From an uncultured Acidimicrobiaceae bacterium (GTDB lineage: Bacteria; Actinomycetota; Acidimicrobiia; Acidimicrobiales; RAAP-2), in the NCBI GenBank assembly GCA_963763575.1, contig CAVXPD010000011.1:25479-89478 (forward strand): a stretch of DNA of 64,000 nt, in the 5' to 3' direction. The notes under the pieces were generated by a model. The model worked only from the letters and a program-made list of their open reading frames with translations, ran no database searches and was not told where the DNA came from. Below, in pieces: positions 1 through 9,145 of this stretch. The first letter of the stretch is position 1. The number at the start of each line of letters is the position of its first letter. Both the position numbers and the translations under genes were made by a program.

Positions 1-3000
1 GCCCTGGTAGGTGAGGGTCGGGAAGGCGGCGGAGCTCCCAATGGAATAGAGGCCGTCGGGCGTGGTCGTCGTGGCCAGTCCGTAGAGCGGCGGGGTGTTG
101 ACGTTGGCCGACGAGAACGTCCCGCTCGTGGCGGAGTAGTGGCCGTTGGGGTCGGTGTAGGAGACCACGTAGGTGGTGCCGACGCTGACGGCCACGGGGG
201 TCGAGAACGACACCAGCTGCCAGCCCGAGGCCGTCTCGCCCGTGAAGGTGGCCTGGGCGAGCTCGGTCCCCGAGGCACTCCAGAGGTCTCCGACGTGGGT
301 GCCGGTGTTCGCGGCCGCCTTGTAGAAGCGCACGCCGGTGATGTAGCCGGGCTGGTCGACGCTGAAGGCCATGCCGACGTTGACCGCGGTCGAGTCACCG
401 CTGTCGACGGCTCCCGCCGCCGGGGTGGAGGAACCGAACACCGTGCACGGGCACGGCGGTGCGGAGGCCTCGGGCGTGGCCAGGTTGCTCGTCGCCGACG
501 CCGGCCCCGCACCGGCGCTGTTGGTGGCGCTGACGGTGAAGGTGTAGGTGCTCCCGTTGGTCAACGTCGACAAGGTCGCCGAGGTGGCGGGCGGAGACCC
601 CGACACCGTGACCGGGGTCTGGGCGGTCGAGCCCAGGTAGGGGGTCACCGTGTAGCTCGAGATCGAGCTGCCGCCGGTGTTGCTCGGCGCCGTCCACGCC
701 ACGGTCACCGACCCGGTGCCCGCCGTCGCCTTGACCGCGGTGGGCGCGCCCGCCGTGGCCCCGCCCCCGCCCCCGCCGTTCGGCGTGAGGTTGAAGACCG
801 GGTCGACCCAGTAGTTGTCGCCCTGGTAGGTGAGGGTCGGGAAGGCGGGGGAGCTCCCAATGGAATAGAGGCCGTCGGGCGTGGTCGTCGTGGCCAGCCC
901 GTAGAGCGGCGGGGTGTTGACGTTGGCCGACGAGAACGTCCCGCTCGTGGCGGAGTAGTGGCCGTTGGGGTCGGTGTAGGAGACCACGTAGGTGGTGCCG
1001 ACGCTGACGGCCACGGGGGTCGAGAAGGACACCAGCTGCCAGCCCGAGGCCGTCTCGCCCGTGAAGGTGGCCTGGGCGAGCTCGGTCCCCGAGGCACTCC
1101 AGAGGTCTCCGACGTGGGTGCCGGTGTTCGCGGCCGCCTTGTAGAAGCGCACGCCGGTGATGTAGCCGGGCTGGTCGACGCTGAAGGCCATGCCGACGTT
1201 GACCGCGGTCGAGTCACCGCTGTCGACGGCTCCCGCCGCCGGGGTGGAGGAACCGAACACCGTGCACGGGCACGGCGGTGCGGAGGCCTCGGGCGTGGCC
1301 AGGTTGCTCGTCGCCGACGCCGGCCCCGCACCGGCGCTGTTGGTGGCGCTGACGGTGAAGGTGTAGGTGCTCCCGTTGGTCAACGTCGACAAGGTCGCCG
1401 AGGTGGCGGGCGGAGACCCCGACACCGTGACCGGGGTCTGGGCGGTCGAGCCCAGGTAGGGGGTCACCGTGTAGCTCGAGATCGAGCTGCCGCCGGTGTT
1501 GCTCGGCGCCGTCCACGCCACGGTCACCGACCCGGTGCCCGCCGTCGCCTTGACCGCGGTGGGCGCGCCCGCCGTGGCCCCGCCCCCGCCCCCGCCGTTC
1601 GGCGTGAGGTTGAAGACCGGGTCGACCCAGTAGTTGTCGCCCTGGTAGGTGAGGGTCGGGAAGGCGGCGGAGCTCCCAATGGAATAGAGGCCGTCGGGCG
1701 TGGTCGTCGTGGCCAGTCCGTAGAGCGGCGGGGTGTTGACGTTGGCCGACGAGAACGTCCCGCTCGTGGCGGAGTAGTGGCCGTTGGGGTCGGTGTAGGA
1801 GACCACGTAGGTGGTGCCGACGCTGACGGCCACGGGGGTCGAGAACGACACCAGCTGCCAGCCCGAGGCCGTCTCGCCCGTGAAGGTGGCCTGGGCGAGC
1901 TCGGTCCCCGAGGCACTCCAGAGGTCTCCGACGTGGGTGCCGGTGTTCGCGGCCGCCTTGTAGAAGCGCACGCCGGTGATGTAGCCGGGCTGGTCGACGC
2001 TGAAGGCCATGCCGACGTTGACCGCGGTCGAGTCACCGCTGTCGACGGCTCCCGCCGCCGGGGTGGAGGAACCGAACACCGTGCACGGGCACGGCGGTGC
2101 GGAGGCCTCGGGCGTGGCCAGGTTGCTCGTCGCCGACGCCGGCCCCGCACCGGCGCTGTTGGTGGCGCTGACGGTGAAGGTGTAGGTGCTCCCGTTGGTC
2201 AACGTCGACAAGGTCGCCGAGGTGGCGGGCGGAGACCCCGACACCGTGACCGGGGTCTGGGCGGTCGAGCCCAGGTAGGGGGTCACCGTGTAGCTCGAGA
2301 TCGAGCTGCCGCCGGTGTTGCTCGGCGCCGTCCACGCCACGGTCACCGACCCGGTGCCCGCCGTCGCCTTGACCGCGGTGGGCGCGCCCGCCGTGGCCCC
2401 GCCCCCGCCCCCGCCGTTCGGCGTGAGGTTGAAGACCGGGTCGACCCAGTAGTTGTCGCCCTGGTAGGTGAGGGTCGGGAAGGCGGGGGAGCTCCCAATG
2501 GAATAGAGGCCGTCGGGCGTGGTCGTCGTGGCCAGCCCGTAGAGCGGCGGGGTGTTGACGTTGGCCGACGAGAACGTCCCGCTCGTGGCGGAGTAGTGGC
2601 CGTTGGGGTCGGTGTAGGAGACCACGTAGGTGGTGCCGACGCTGACGGCCACGGGGGTCGAGAACGACACCAGCTGCCAGCCCGAGGCCGTCTCGCCCGT
2701 GAAGGTGGCCTGGGCGAGCTCGGTCCCCGAGGCACTCCAGAGGTCTCCGACGTGGGTGCCGGTGTTCGCGGCCGCCTTGTAGAAGCGCACGCCGGTGATG
2801 TAGCCGGGCTGGTCGACGCTGAAGGCCATGCCGACGTTGACCGCGGTCGAGTCACCGCTGTCGACGGCTCCCGCCGCCGGGGTGGAGGAACCGAACACCG
2901 TGCACGGGCACGGCGGTGCGGAGGCCTCGGGCGTGGCCAGGTTGCTCGTCGCCGACGCCGGCCCCGCACCGGCGCTGTTGGTGGCGCTGACGGTGAAGGT

Positions 3001-3187
3001 GTAGGTGCTCCCGTTGGTCAACGTCGACAAGGTCGCCGAGGTGGCGGGCGGAGACCCCGACACCGTGACCGGGGTCTGGGCGGTCGAGCCCAGGTAGGGG
3101 GTCACCGTGTAGCTCGAGATCGAGCTGCCGCCGGTGTTGCTCGGCGCCGTCCACGCCACGGTCACCGACCCGGTGCCCGCCGTCGCC
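1..3187 (-). repeat. Tandem array of near-identical 819-bp coding repeats (at least 3.9 copies; continues past the left window edge)
   Basis: The 819-bp period is visible directly: identical shadow ORFs sit at 395-697, 1214-1516, 2033-2335 and 2852-3154. I found only three variable positions between copies (unit offsets 30, 79, 208). Identity is lost near 3187. Confidence 0.95.
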
Positions 3188-4737
3188 GTGACCGCAAAGG
3201 GGACACCCGGGGCCGTCACCGGCGTCACCTGGTTGGATTGCTGAGAGGCGGGTCCGACGCCGAGGGCATTGGTCGCTGTCACGTTGAACGTGTAGGTCGT
3301 CCCAACGACGAGTCCGTCGACCACGCCCGAATTGGCCGTTCCCGTCACCGTCGTGTCCAGAGAGGGTTCTGCCGTCGAACCGACGTACGGGGTGACCGTG
3401 TAGCTCGTAATGGTGCTGCCGCCGTTGTCGGCAGGCGGGGTCCAGACGACGGTCGCGTCGCCGTTGACCGGTCCGAGTGTTGCGTTCACCCCCGTCGGGG
3501 CGTCGGGCACGGTCCCTGGGGTGACGGCGTTCGATTGGCTCGACGCCCCGGTCCCCTCCACATTGACCGCTTGGACCGTGAAGACGTAGGTCGTCCCATT
3601 GTCGAGCCCGGTGACGGTCACTCCGGTCGCGGGCGGGTTCCCAGTGACCTCGACGGGGGAGAGGTATGTGATCCCTTCGCTCGTGTTGATTCCCGGGGTC
3701 ACCAAGTAGGACGTGATCGGGGCCCCGCCGTCCTGGGACGGCGCTGTCCAGGAGACAGCGGCGGTCGTGTTCCCGGCGGTGGACGTCACGTTGGTCGGCG
3801 CGGCCGGCACGGCGAGCGACAGGACAGTCACCGCGTTCGACGGTGCTGACTGAGCTCCCGTCCCCACAGTGTTCGTCGCCGCGACGGTGAAGGTGTACGA
3901 CGCTCCGGGTGTGAGGTTGCCGATGTTAGTGCTGCTCACGGGCGGCGCATTGCTGACGATCGTCGGTGTCTGTGCAACCCCGCCGATATATGGCGTGATC
4001 GCGTAGCTCGAGATCAGTGCTCCACCATTGGAAGGTGGCGTCCACGAGACCTGCGCCGAACCGTCACCGCCGGTCGCTGTCACTCCGGCTGGTGCTTCCG
4101 GAAGTGTCGGAGGGGTCATTGCCTCGGATTTCAGGACCACCGTCGCCATCATCCACGTCGTGTTCGATCCGGTGCTGACCGACGCGTTTGGAGTCCCACT
4201 CGTCGACAGCACCTGGTCCTCGACGAGGGCCTCGGGTTCGCTCGTCGGAGCCACAGTCACTCGTGGGGTGTAGCCGGACCCTGCCGCCAGCGTGTCGTTG
4301 CTTCCTTGGTCGGCGTAGAACCCGATTGCCTCCTCATTGGTGCCGCTGGAGGGGGACGTCGGACCCGACTGCACCGTCGCCGCGCTCGTGGTGGTACCGG
4401 CGGCAGAAGCCACCTGGTCCAGGACCACGCTGCCTGGGGCACCGGATAGCCCCTGATATTCGAGCGCCGCGATCGTCATGTTGGCGGTGGTGCTCGGTGT
4501 CGCGGTGATGACCGGCTTGGTCCCGCCGCTGTTGGTGATCGGAGCGGTCCAGATGCTCATCTGCGTACCGTTGGATGCGGTCACGCTGGTGAGCTTGGTG
4601 AACGTGTCGCCGACGGAGTCGGTAACGTTCGTCGTTGCTCCCGCCGATTCCACGACCTCGACGACGAGCCGATTGCCGGCAGTCAGATTCGACGTCGGGC
4701 TGACCGAGACCGTTCGTGACCGATTGGGCCTCCGCAC
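1..4737 (-). CDS. Giant surface protein, C-terminal segment (partial, 3' end off window): unknown domain, about four FN3 modules, then repeated DUF4082+FN3 units. Third reading-frame segment of one frameshifted gene.
   Basis: Hand translation of the minus strand is open from about 4737 to position 1. It is absent from the track because there is no stop in the window. It reads SVSPTSNLTAGNRLVVEVVESAG..., then FN3-like ...VSWTPPSNGGALISSYAITPYIG...YTFTVAATN, then repeats ...CPCTVFGSSTPAAGAVDSGDSTAVNVGMAFSVDQPGYITGVRFYKAAANTGTHVGDLWS... The 5' limit is uncertain. Confidence 0.7.
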   Translation of the reverse strand, partial: MRRPNRSRTVSVSPTSNLTAGNRLVVEVVESAGATTNVTDSVGDTFTKLTSVTASNGTQMSIWTAPITNSGGTKPVITATPSTTANMTIAALEYQGLSGAPGSVVLDQVASAAGTTTSAATVQSGPTSPSSGTNEEAIGFYADQGSNDTLAAGSGYTPRVTVAPTSEPEALVEDQVLSTSGTPNASVSTGSNTTWMMATVVLKSEAMTPPTLPEAPAGVTATGGDGSAQVSWTPPSNGGALISSYAITPYIGGVAQTPTIVSNAPPVSSTNIGNLTPGASYTFTVAATNTVGTGAQSAPSNAVTVLSLAVPAAPTNVTSTAGNTTAAVSWTAPSQDGGAPITSYLVTPGINTSEGITYLSPVEVTGNPPATGVTVTGLDNGTTYVFTVQAVNVEGTGASSQSNAVTPGTVPDAPTGVNATLGPVNGDATVVWTPPADNGGSTITSYTVTPYVGSTAEPSLDTTVTGTANSGVVDGLVVGTTYTFNVTATNALGVGPASQQSNQVTPVTAPGVPFAVTATAGTGSVTVAWTAPSNTGGSSISSYTVTPYLGSTAQTPVTVSGSPPATSATLSTLTNGSTYTFTVSATNSAGAGPASATSNLATPEASAPPCPCTVFGSSTPAAGAVDSGDSTAVNVGMAFSVDQPGYITGVRFYKAAANTGTHVGDLWSASGTELAQATFTGETASGWQLVSFSTPVAVSVGTTYVVSYTDPNGHYSATSGTFSSANVNTPPLYGLATTTTPDGLYSIGSSPAFPTLTYQGDNYWVDPVFNLTPNGGGGGGATAGAPTAVKATAGTGSVTVAWTAPSNTGGSSISSYTVTPYLGSTAQTPVTVSGSPPATSATLSTLTNGSTYTFTVSATNSAGAGPASATSNLATPEASAPPCPCTVFGSSTPAAGAVDSGDSTAVNVGMAFSVDQPGYITGVRFYKAAANTGTHVGDLWSASGTELAQATFTGETASGWQLVSFSTPVAVSVGTTYVVSYTDPNGHYSATSGTFSSANVNTPPLYGLATTTTPDGLYSIGSSAAFPTLTYQGDNYWVDPVFNLTPNGGGGGGATAGAPTAVKATAGTGSVTVAWTAPSNTGGSSISSYTVTPYLGSTAQTPVTVSGSPPATSATLSTLTNGSTYTFTVSATNSAGAGPASATSNLATPEASAPPCPCTVFGSSTPAAGAVDSGDSTAVNVGMAFSVDQPGYITGVRFYKAAANTGTHVGDLWSASGTELAQATFTGETASGWQLVSFSTPVAVSVGTTYVVSYTDPNGHYSATSGTFSSANVNTPPLYGLATTTTPDGLYSIGSSPAFPTLTYQGDNYWVDPVFNLTPNGGGGGGATAGAPTAVKATAGTGSVTVAWTAPSNTGGSSISSYTVTPYLGSTAQTPVTVSGSPPATSATLSTLTNGSTYTFTVSATNSAGAGPASATSNLATPEASAPPCPCTVFGSSTPAAGAVDSGDSTAVNVGMAFSVDQPGYITGVRFYKAAANTGTHVGDLWSASGTELAQATFTGETASGWQLVSFSTPVAVSVGTTYVVSYTDPNGHYSATSGTFSSANVNTPPLYGLATTTTPDGLYSIGSSAAFPTLTYQG

Positions 4738-6253
4738 TCGCCTGCTGGATGAAGACGGGCGGAGAGGTCACGCTCGGCGTGATGGGATTGCTGGCTGCGG
4801 ACGGGGTCGCCGTTCCCGAAGGGTTGGATGCCGTGACCGTAAAGGTGTACGTCGTGCCGTTGGTCAGGCCGATGACCGTTGCGTTGGTCGGCGCAGGAGT
4901 GCCAGTCACGGTGGTCGTCGGTTGTGGCGTCGAGCCGATATAGGGCGTGATGGTGTAGGAGGTCACCGGTCCACCGGTGGTCGGCGCATTCCAGCTCAGG
5001 AGGCCGGCCTCGAAGCCAGCGTTGGCCGTCAAAGCCGTCGCCGGACCCGGGGCTGGCTGGGGGGTGAACAGCACGTCGACGCCGAAGTTGTCCCCTCCGG
5101 GGTTGATGTCTCCCGTCGTGGGGAAGCCCTGCCCCGCGACCCAGACACCGTCCGGATTCGTCGGGGTGTTGCGGACAGCGTGTAGCGGTGGGGCGTCCGC
5201 GTTGCTCGGTTGCAAAGTCGGGAGAGGGTTGGGGTCCAGTGCCCCGTTGTCCTCGGAGTTGTGACCGTTGGGAGCGTAGTAGCTGACCACATACGTGGTG
5301 TTGGGGAGGATCGGAACGGGCTTGGAGAACTGCACATGTTGCCATCCGGAGGCGGTCTCGTTGGTGAAGGTCGCCTGTGCAAGAAGCGTGCCGGTACTGC
5401 TCCAGAGCATTCCGACGTGAGTACCGATGTTGGCGCTCGCTTTGTAGAAGCTGATGCCGTCGACCACTCCGTAGGTCGTGGAGTCGAACTTCAAGCCGAC
5501 CGTCACGGCATTCGTGTTGCCGCTGTCCGGGACCGCAGGCGTATATCCGGAACCGAAGATCGAACATCCGGCACCGCAGGAGATGTTCACCGTGACCCCA
5601 TCGGTGGGTGCCTCGATATTGCCCCAACTGTCAGTGGCGCGTGATTCGATCTCGGTGGACGGCACACCGTGTGCGTCCTGCCACGAGTAGCTCCACGTCA
5701 TGGAGGCGGCATCGGCGCCGTTGAGCGTGGCGGGGTGCCAGGTGGTGCCGCCGTCCGTGGAGACCTCCACGCCCGCGACGACGTCGCCGGGTGCGTTGGT
5801 CGTCGCGGTCCCGGTGATCGTCGAGGGAGCTCCGTCGGGGAGCGAGGCGTCGTTCGTGGGACTCGTGATGACCGAGCTGGGTGGTGTCGTGCTCGAGGAT
5901 TCCGCGCCCGGTACCAGGCCGGATATGAGGGTGGCCGGTTGCACGCCCATCATGGCGAACAGGTTCACGACGAACTGCTGCATGTTCCTGTCCGCGGGTC
6001 CACTCCCCTGCTCGATGGGGTTCCAGGGATCAAGGCCCCACGAGAACTGCACGGTTCCGGCCCCGAACACCAATGCCCCGCTCGCTGCCCTGTAGAGAGA
6101 AAGATGGTGGGTCTCGGTCGTGGTGTTGTTGGTGACGTTCGTGCCGTAGTCCTCCACGAACGCGGACGTGGCGGTGTCCGTGGTCGAAGACATATCGATC
6201 TCGCCCGCAGGCCTGAAACCGTTGTCGACGTCCGCATCCCACTCGTAGCCCAA
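4334..6253 (-). CDS. Giant surface protein, middle segment: DUF4082 module plus FN3. Sense translation ends near 4710; the rest of the ORF is out-of-frame read-through.
   Basis: Track ORF: ...GYEWDADVDNGFRPAG..., DUF4082-like VGLKFDSTTYGVVDGISFYKASANIGTHVGMLWSSTGTLLAQATFTNETASGWQHVQF, FN3-like SWNAPTTGGPVTSYTITPY...YTFTVTASN. After ...AEAQSVTN it turns Arg/His-rich nonsense, while another frame continues the protein. Confidence 0.75.
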   Translation of the reverse strand: MGYEWDADVDNGFRPAGEIDMSSTTDTATSAFVEDYGTNVTNNTTTETHHLSLYRAASGALVFGAGTVQFSWGLDPWNPIEQGSGPADRNMQQFVVNLFAMMGVQPATLISGLVPGAESSSTTPPSSVITSPTNDASLPDGAPSTITGTATTNAPGDVVAGVEVSTDGGTTWHPATLNGADAASMTWSYSWQDAHGVPSTEIESRATDSWGNIEAPTDGVTVNISCGAGCSIFGSGYTPAVPDSGNTNAVTVGLKFDSTTYGVVDGISFYKASANIGTHVGMLWSSTGTLLAQATFTNETASGWQHVQFSKPVPILPNTTYVVSYYAPNGHNSEDNGALDPNPLPTLQPSNADAPPLHAVRNTPTNPDGVWVAGQGFPTTGDINPGGDNFGVDVLFTPQPAPGPATALTANAGFEAGLLSWNAPTTGGPVTSYTITPYIGSTPQPTTTVTGTPAPTNATVIGLTNGTTYTFTVTASNPSGTATPSAASNPITPSVTSPPVFIQQASAEAQSVTNGLGQPDVESDCRQSARRRGRGIGGSNDERYRLRRRHVHQAHQRDRIQRYADEHLDRSDHQQRRDQAGHHRDTEHHRQHDDRGARISGAIRCPRQRGPGPGGFCRRYHHERGDGAVGSDVPLQRHQ

Positions 6254-7676
6254 GCGTCCCGAACCCGTTCTGCATGGTCTGGAGACTGCTGAGCGATCCG
6301 AGGTTGGTGCCGAGGACCACGGGGGGGCTCGACGGAGTGAGCTGCGCCACCGACGTGTTCGCCCACACCGGCAGGTTGGCGTATTGATATGGGACCTGGA
6401 TGTCGTCGTTGTTGGCCGATGCGTCGACCGCCGTCAACTGGCCGGTGAGCGCGTTCTCGGGGGTTCCGGCATCGTCGGGCGCGCCGCCCTGTGGATCCCG
6501 CCAGGTCCCTGTCCAGGTCGATGGGTCGCTCGGGTCGAACTGGTTGGCCGAGGTGCCGTACGGCGGTTCGTTGTGCGTCTCCTTGTAGGAGATCATCGTG
6601 CGATCGGGAGTCGCGTCGAGGGGATCCTTCGCGAACTGCGTCTTCCAGAACACCTCGTCGCCGCTGAAGAAGGCGAGATTGACCCCATGGTTGACTGCGG
6701 CCTGCACGTTGTTGCGCATGTTGCCCGACCAGTACTCGTCGTGGCCGCTGGAGATGAAGATCTGGTGACCGTTCAGCGCTGAGGGGTTGCTGTCGGTGTC
6801 CATTTCGCTGATGTACGTCATGTCATAGCCGTTCTCCTCCAAGAAATAGATCATGGGGAACTCGGAGTAGAACGGCGACATCCGCCCTTCGTATGTGCCT
6901 CCGTCCTGGAGTGGCCGGTTGTACGACACCTCGGTGGCAGGTGTCGTGGTATAGCCGCCGGGGGTACCCGGCGGACAGGCGATGGAGCACTGGTACAGGC
7001 TGTTTCCCTCATCGATGCCCGTTCCCGCGGGGTTCGAGACTCCCGGAGGGTTGTAGGCGTTGTACGCCTCCCACGTTGCATCGGACGTCTGATAGACGAC
7101 GGGGGCGGTGCTCGTCGGGTCCGTGACGACGAACGGGACTTCACTGACGGCACCGGTGTCTGCACGAACCAACAGCGCGATGTACATGCCCGAGACGGCG
7201 TAGGTGGGGACCTGCCATGAGGCCGAGACCGCCCAGTTCCCACAGTCGATGAGGCCGGTGTTCTGACCGCCGCCGGGATTGACGTCGCACGGTGGCTGGG
7301 ACTGAGGAAGGCTCACCGAGGGCAGGACGTGCGAGGCCCACTCTCGAGACCCCAGACCGTGGTAGTAACCCATCCGGAAGATGTTGATGTACCAAGACGA
7401 AATGGTCGGAGCGTCGACCTTGAAGGAGACGGAGGTGCCCGCGGCCACGCTCATTTGGGTGGCGAAGCCCTGGATCGCCGGGTCACCAGTGCTCTGGTAC
7501 GGGATGCTGACCGGCGAATTGGCGATCGGCGTTCCGGGCTGGGTGTTCTCGCACTGCACCGGATTCATGGAAGGCGTGCAGCCCGTCGGCGGCCCGACCG
7601 TTGTCCCGCTCGCGCCAGAGGTGGCGGGACGGTCCAGGTAGACGAGTCCGGTCAGGAGGCCCCCAACGAGCGTCAT
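6030..7676 (-). CDS. Giant surface protein, N-terminal segment: N,N-dimethylformamidase beta-subunit-like domain. Sense ends near 6251, where the frame shifts.
   Basis: Track ORF contains ...IFISSGHDEYWSGNMRNNVQAAVNHGVNLAFFSGDEVFWKTQF..., recalled as typical of DMFase-beta-like domains that precede DUF4082. ...FGTLG at its end continues as YEWDADVDNG in ORF 4334..6253. The start is uncertain: a signal-like MTPKVRALWAVAAR lies just upstream in another frame. Confidence 0.7.
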   Translation of the reverse strand: MTLVGGLLTGLVYLDRPATSGASGTTVGPPTGCTPSMNPVQCENTQPGTPIANSPVSIPYQSTGDPAIQGFATQMSVAAGTSVSFKVDAPTISSWYINIFRMGYYHGLGSREWASHVLPSVSLPQSQPPCDVNPGGGQNTGLIDCGNWAVSASWQVPTYAVSGMYIALLVRADTGAVSEVPFVVTDPTSTAPVVYQTSDATWEAYNAYNPPGVSNPAGTGIDEGNSLYQCSIACPPGTPGGYTTTPATEVSYNRPLQDGGTYEGRMSPFYSEFPMIYFLEENGYDMTYISEMDTDSNPSALNGHQIFISSGHDEYWSGNMRNNVQAAVNHGVNLAFFSGDEVFWKTQFAKDPLDATPDRTMISYKETHNEPPYGTSANQFDPSDPSTWTGTWRDPQGGAPDDAGTPENALTGQLTAVDASANNDDIQVPYQYANLPVWANTSVAQLTPSSPPVVLGTNLGSLSSLQTMQNGFGTLGLRVGCGRRQRFQACGRDRYVFDHGHRHVRVRGGLRHERHQQHHDRDPPSFSLQGSERGIGVRGRNRAVLVGP

Positions 7677-7833
7677 CGCGAGCCGCGACGGCCCACAGCG
7701 CCCGCACCTTCGGCGTCATCGGACCGAGCGTGCGACGGGACGCCTCATGCTTGGGATTTCCGTCGCTCCGTCTCATCCGTGTCACGCCAGATCTCTGCTC
7801 GCCAGCCATCGAGGCCAACGTCGCCGGTGCATC

Positions 7834-8929
7834 TCAAAGCTCGCTCAGAGGCACGGCCGCGCCCCCCTGGCGCAGGCTGGCCGAGGCTGCCTCCAGAATG
7901 CGCAATACGCGCAGCCCGGCCCGACCGTCGGTCAGGGGAGCCCGTCGCTGGTTGATGGAGTCCACGAATTCCCCAATGACGTTGCTGAGAGCCTCGGTCG
8001 CGGGCAGAGCGGGGGCGCTCAGAGCTCCGTAGCGGTAAAGCACTTTGCGGTCGTGCACCTCTGAGCTCACCGATGCGTCCGAATCGAGGACGTCGACGCC
8101 CTTGTCGTAGAGGCTGAGGCGCTGCGACACGTTGAGATCGTCCCAAACGACCATCCGCTCCGACCCACCGATGGTCACCGTGCGCACCTTGGTCGGGCTG
8201 AGCCAATTGACGTGCGAGTGAGCCAGAATTCCCCCCTCGAGGTGCAGCGTGAGATAGCCGATGCACGCCTGGCCGGTCCCGAGGGGGTCGGCGCCGAGCG
8301 CCGAAACCGCCACCGGTCGTGAACACTCAGGCAGGAAGGCGTCCAGGATGGCCAGGTCGTGGGGAGCCAGGTCCCAGAACACATCGATGTCCGACTGGAG
8401 CAATCCGAGATTGGTCCGCACGCAATCGACATAGTGGATCTCACCGATCTCACCACTCGACACGAGCCGACGAATCTCCTGGACGGCGGGTGTGTAGCAG
8501 TAGGTGTGATCGCACATGAGCACGAGACCGAGGTCCTCGGCGACATTTACCAGTTTCTCGGCCTCGGCGACCGTCCCTGCGAGGGGCTTTTCCACCAGGA
8601 CGTGCTTGCCGGCCTCCATGCACGCCAAGCGCCACCTCGACATGCGTGTTGGCAGGAGTTGCGATGGCGACCGCACGAACGTCGCGGTCACGGAGGATCT
8701 CGTCCATGTCGTCGGTCACGTCGACGGTGCTGTAGCGCCCGACGGCGTCTCGGGCCCGCGACGGGTCGAGATCACACACCCAACGGAGGTCGCAGTCCGC
8801 CGAGCTTGCGATGTTGCGGACCAGGTTCGGTCCCCAGTAGCCGGCTCCGATCACGCCGATGCCGATCGGGGAGGGAATGTGGGTGCTGTCGGAGCTCACC
8901 GGTTCTCGCTTTCGTTGTCCTACGCTCAA
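7834..8929 (-). pseudogene. Gfo/Idh/MocA-family sugar-nucleotide oxidoreductase, reading frame broken near 8625 (frameshift or sequencing error)
   Basis: The N-terminal Rossmann part IGIGVIGAGYWGPNLVRNI...RAVAIATPANTHVEVAL is in ORF 8450..8929. The continuation ACMEAGKHVLVEKPLAGTVAEAEKL...CDHTYCYTPAV is in ORF 7834..8691, in a different frame. Confidence 0.8.
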
Positions 8930-9145
8930 CGTCCCGTTGACGAGTGCTGCCTGGCGCCTCTGGGCTTGGAATTTCCGGCCGCACGCCTCGTCGTGTGCCG
9001 GCGCAAATCGTCCAAAGGCACGACCCCTACGTCATCAACCAATAGAGCGCTTTGCCGGCGGGTTGATACGAGGGTGGCGGGGAAGGGAGGTCGCCCCGCC
9101 GCCGGCCCCGGGACCTGGGCAAATCTCAGCCCGACCTCGGCCTGG

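Noticed and set aside
1-3187. Whether the regular repeats could be a CRISPR array
   Set aside because: The units are 819 bp, contiguous with no unique spacers, and form one continuous protein-coding frame. No cas genes are present.
139-3849. 1236-aa plus-strand ORF, the longest in the track
   Set aside because: The translation is Arg/Gly/Asp-rich low-complexity sequence that repeats with the 819-bp period. The opposite strand encodes well-formed DUF4082/FN3 domains, so this is a shadow ORF of GC-rich repeat DNA.
4700-6255. Programmed ribosomal frameshifting or phase variation as the cause of the frame breaks in the giant gene
   Set aside because: The shift sites are only 2-3-nt runs with no slippery heptamer or long homopolymer. 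Unrelated genes (Gfo/Idh/MocA, ABC ATPase) show the same type of break. Indel error or simple pseudogenisation is more parsimonious.
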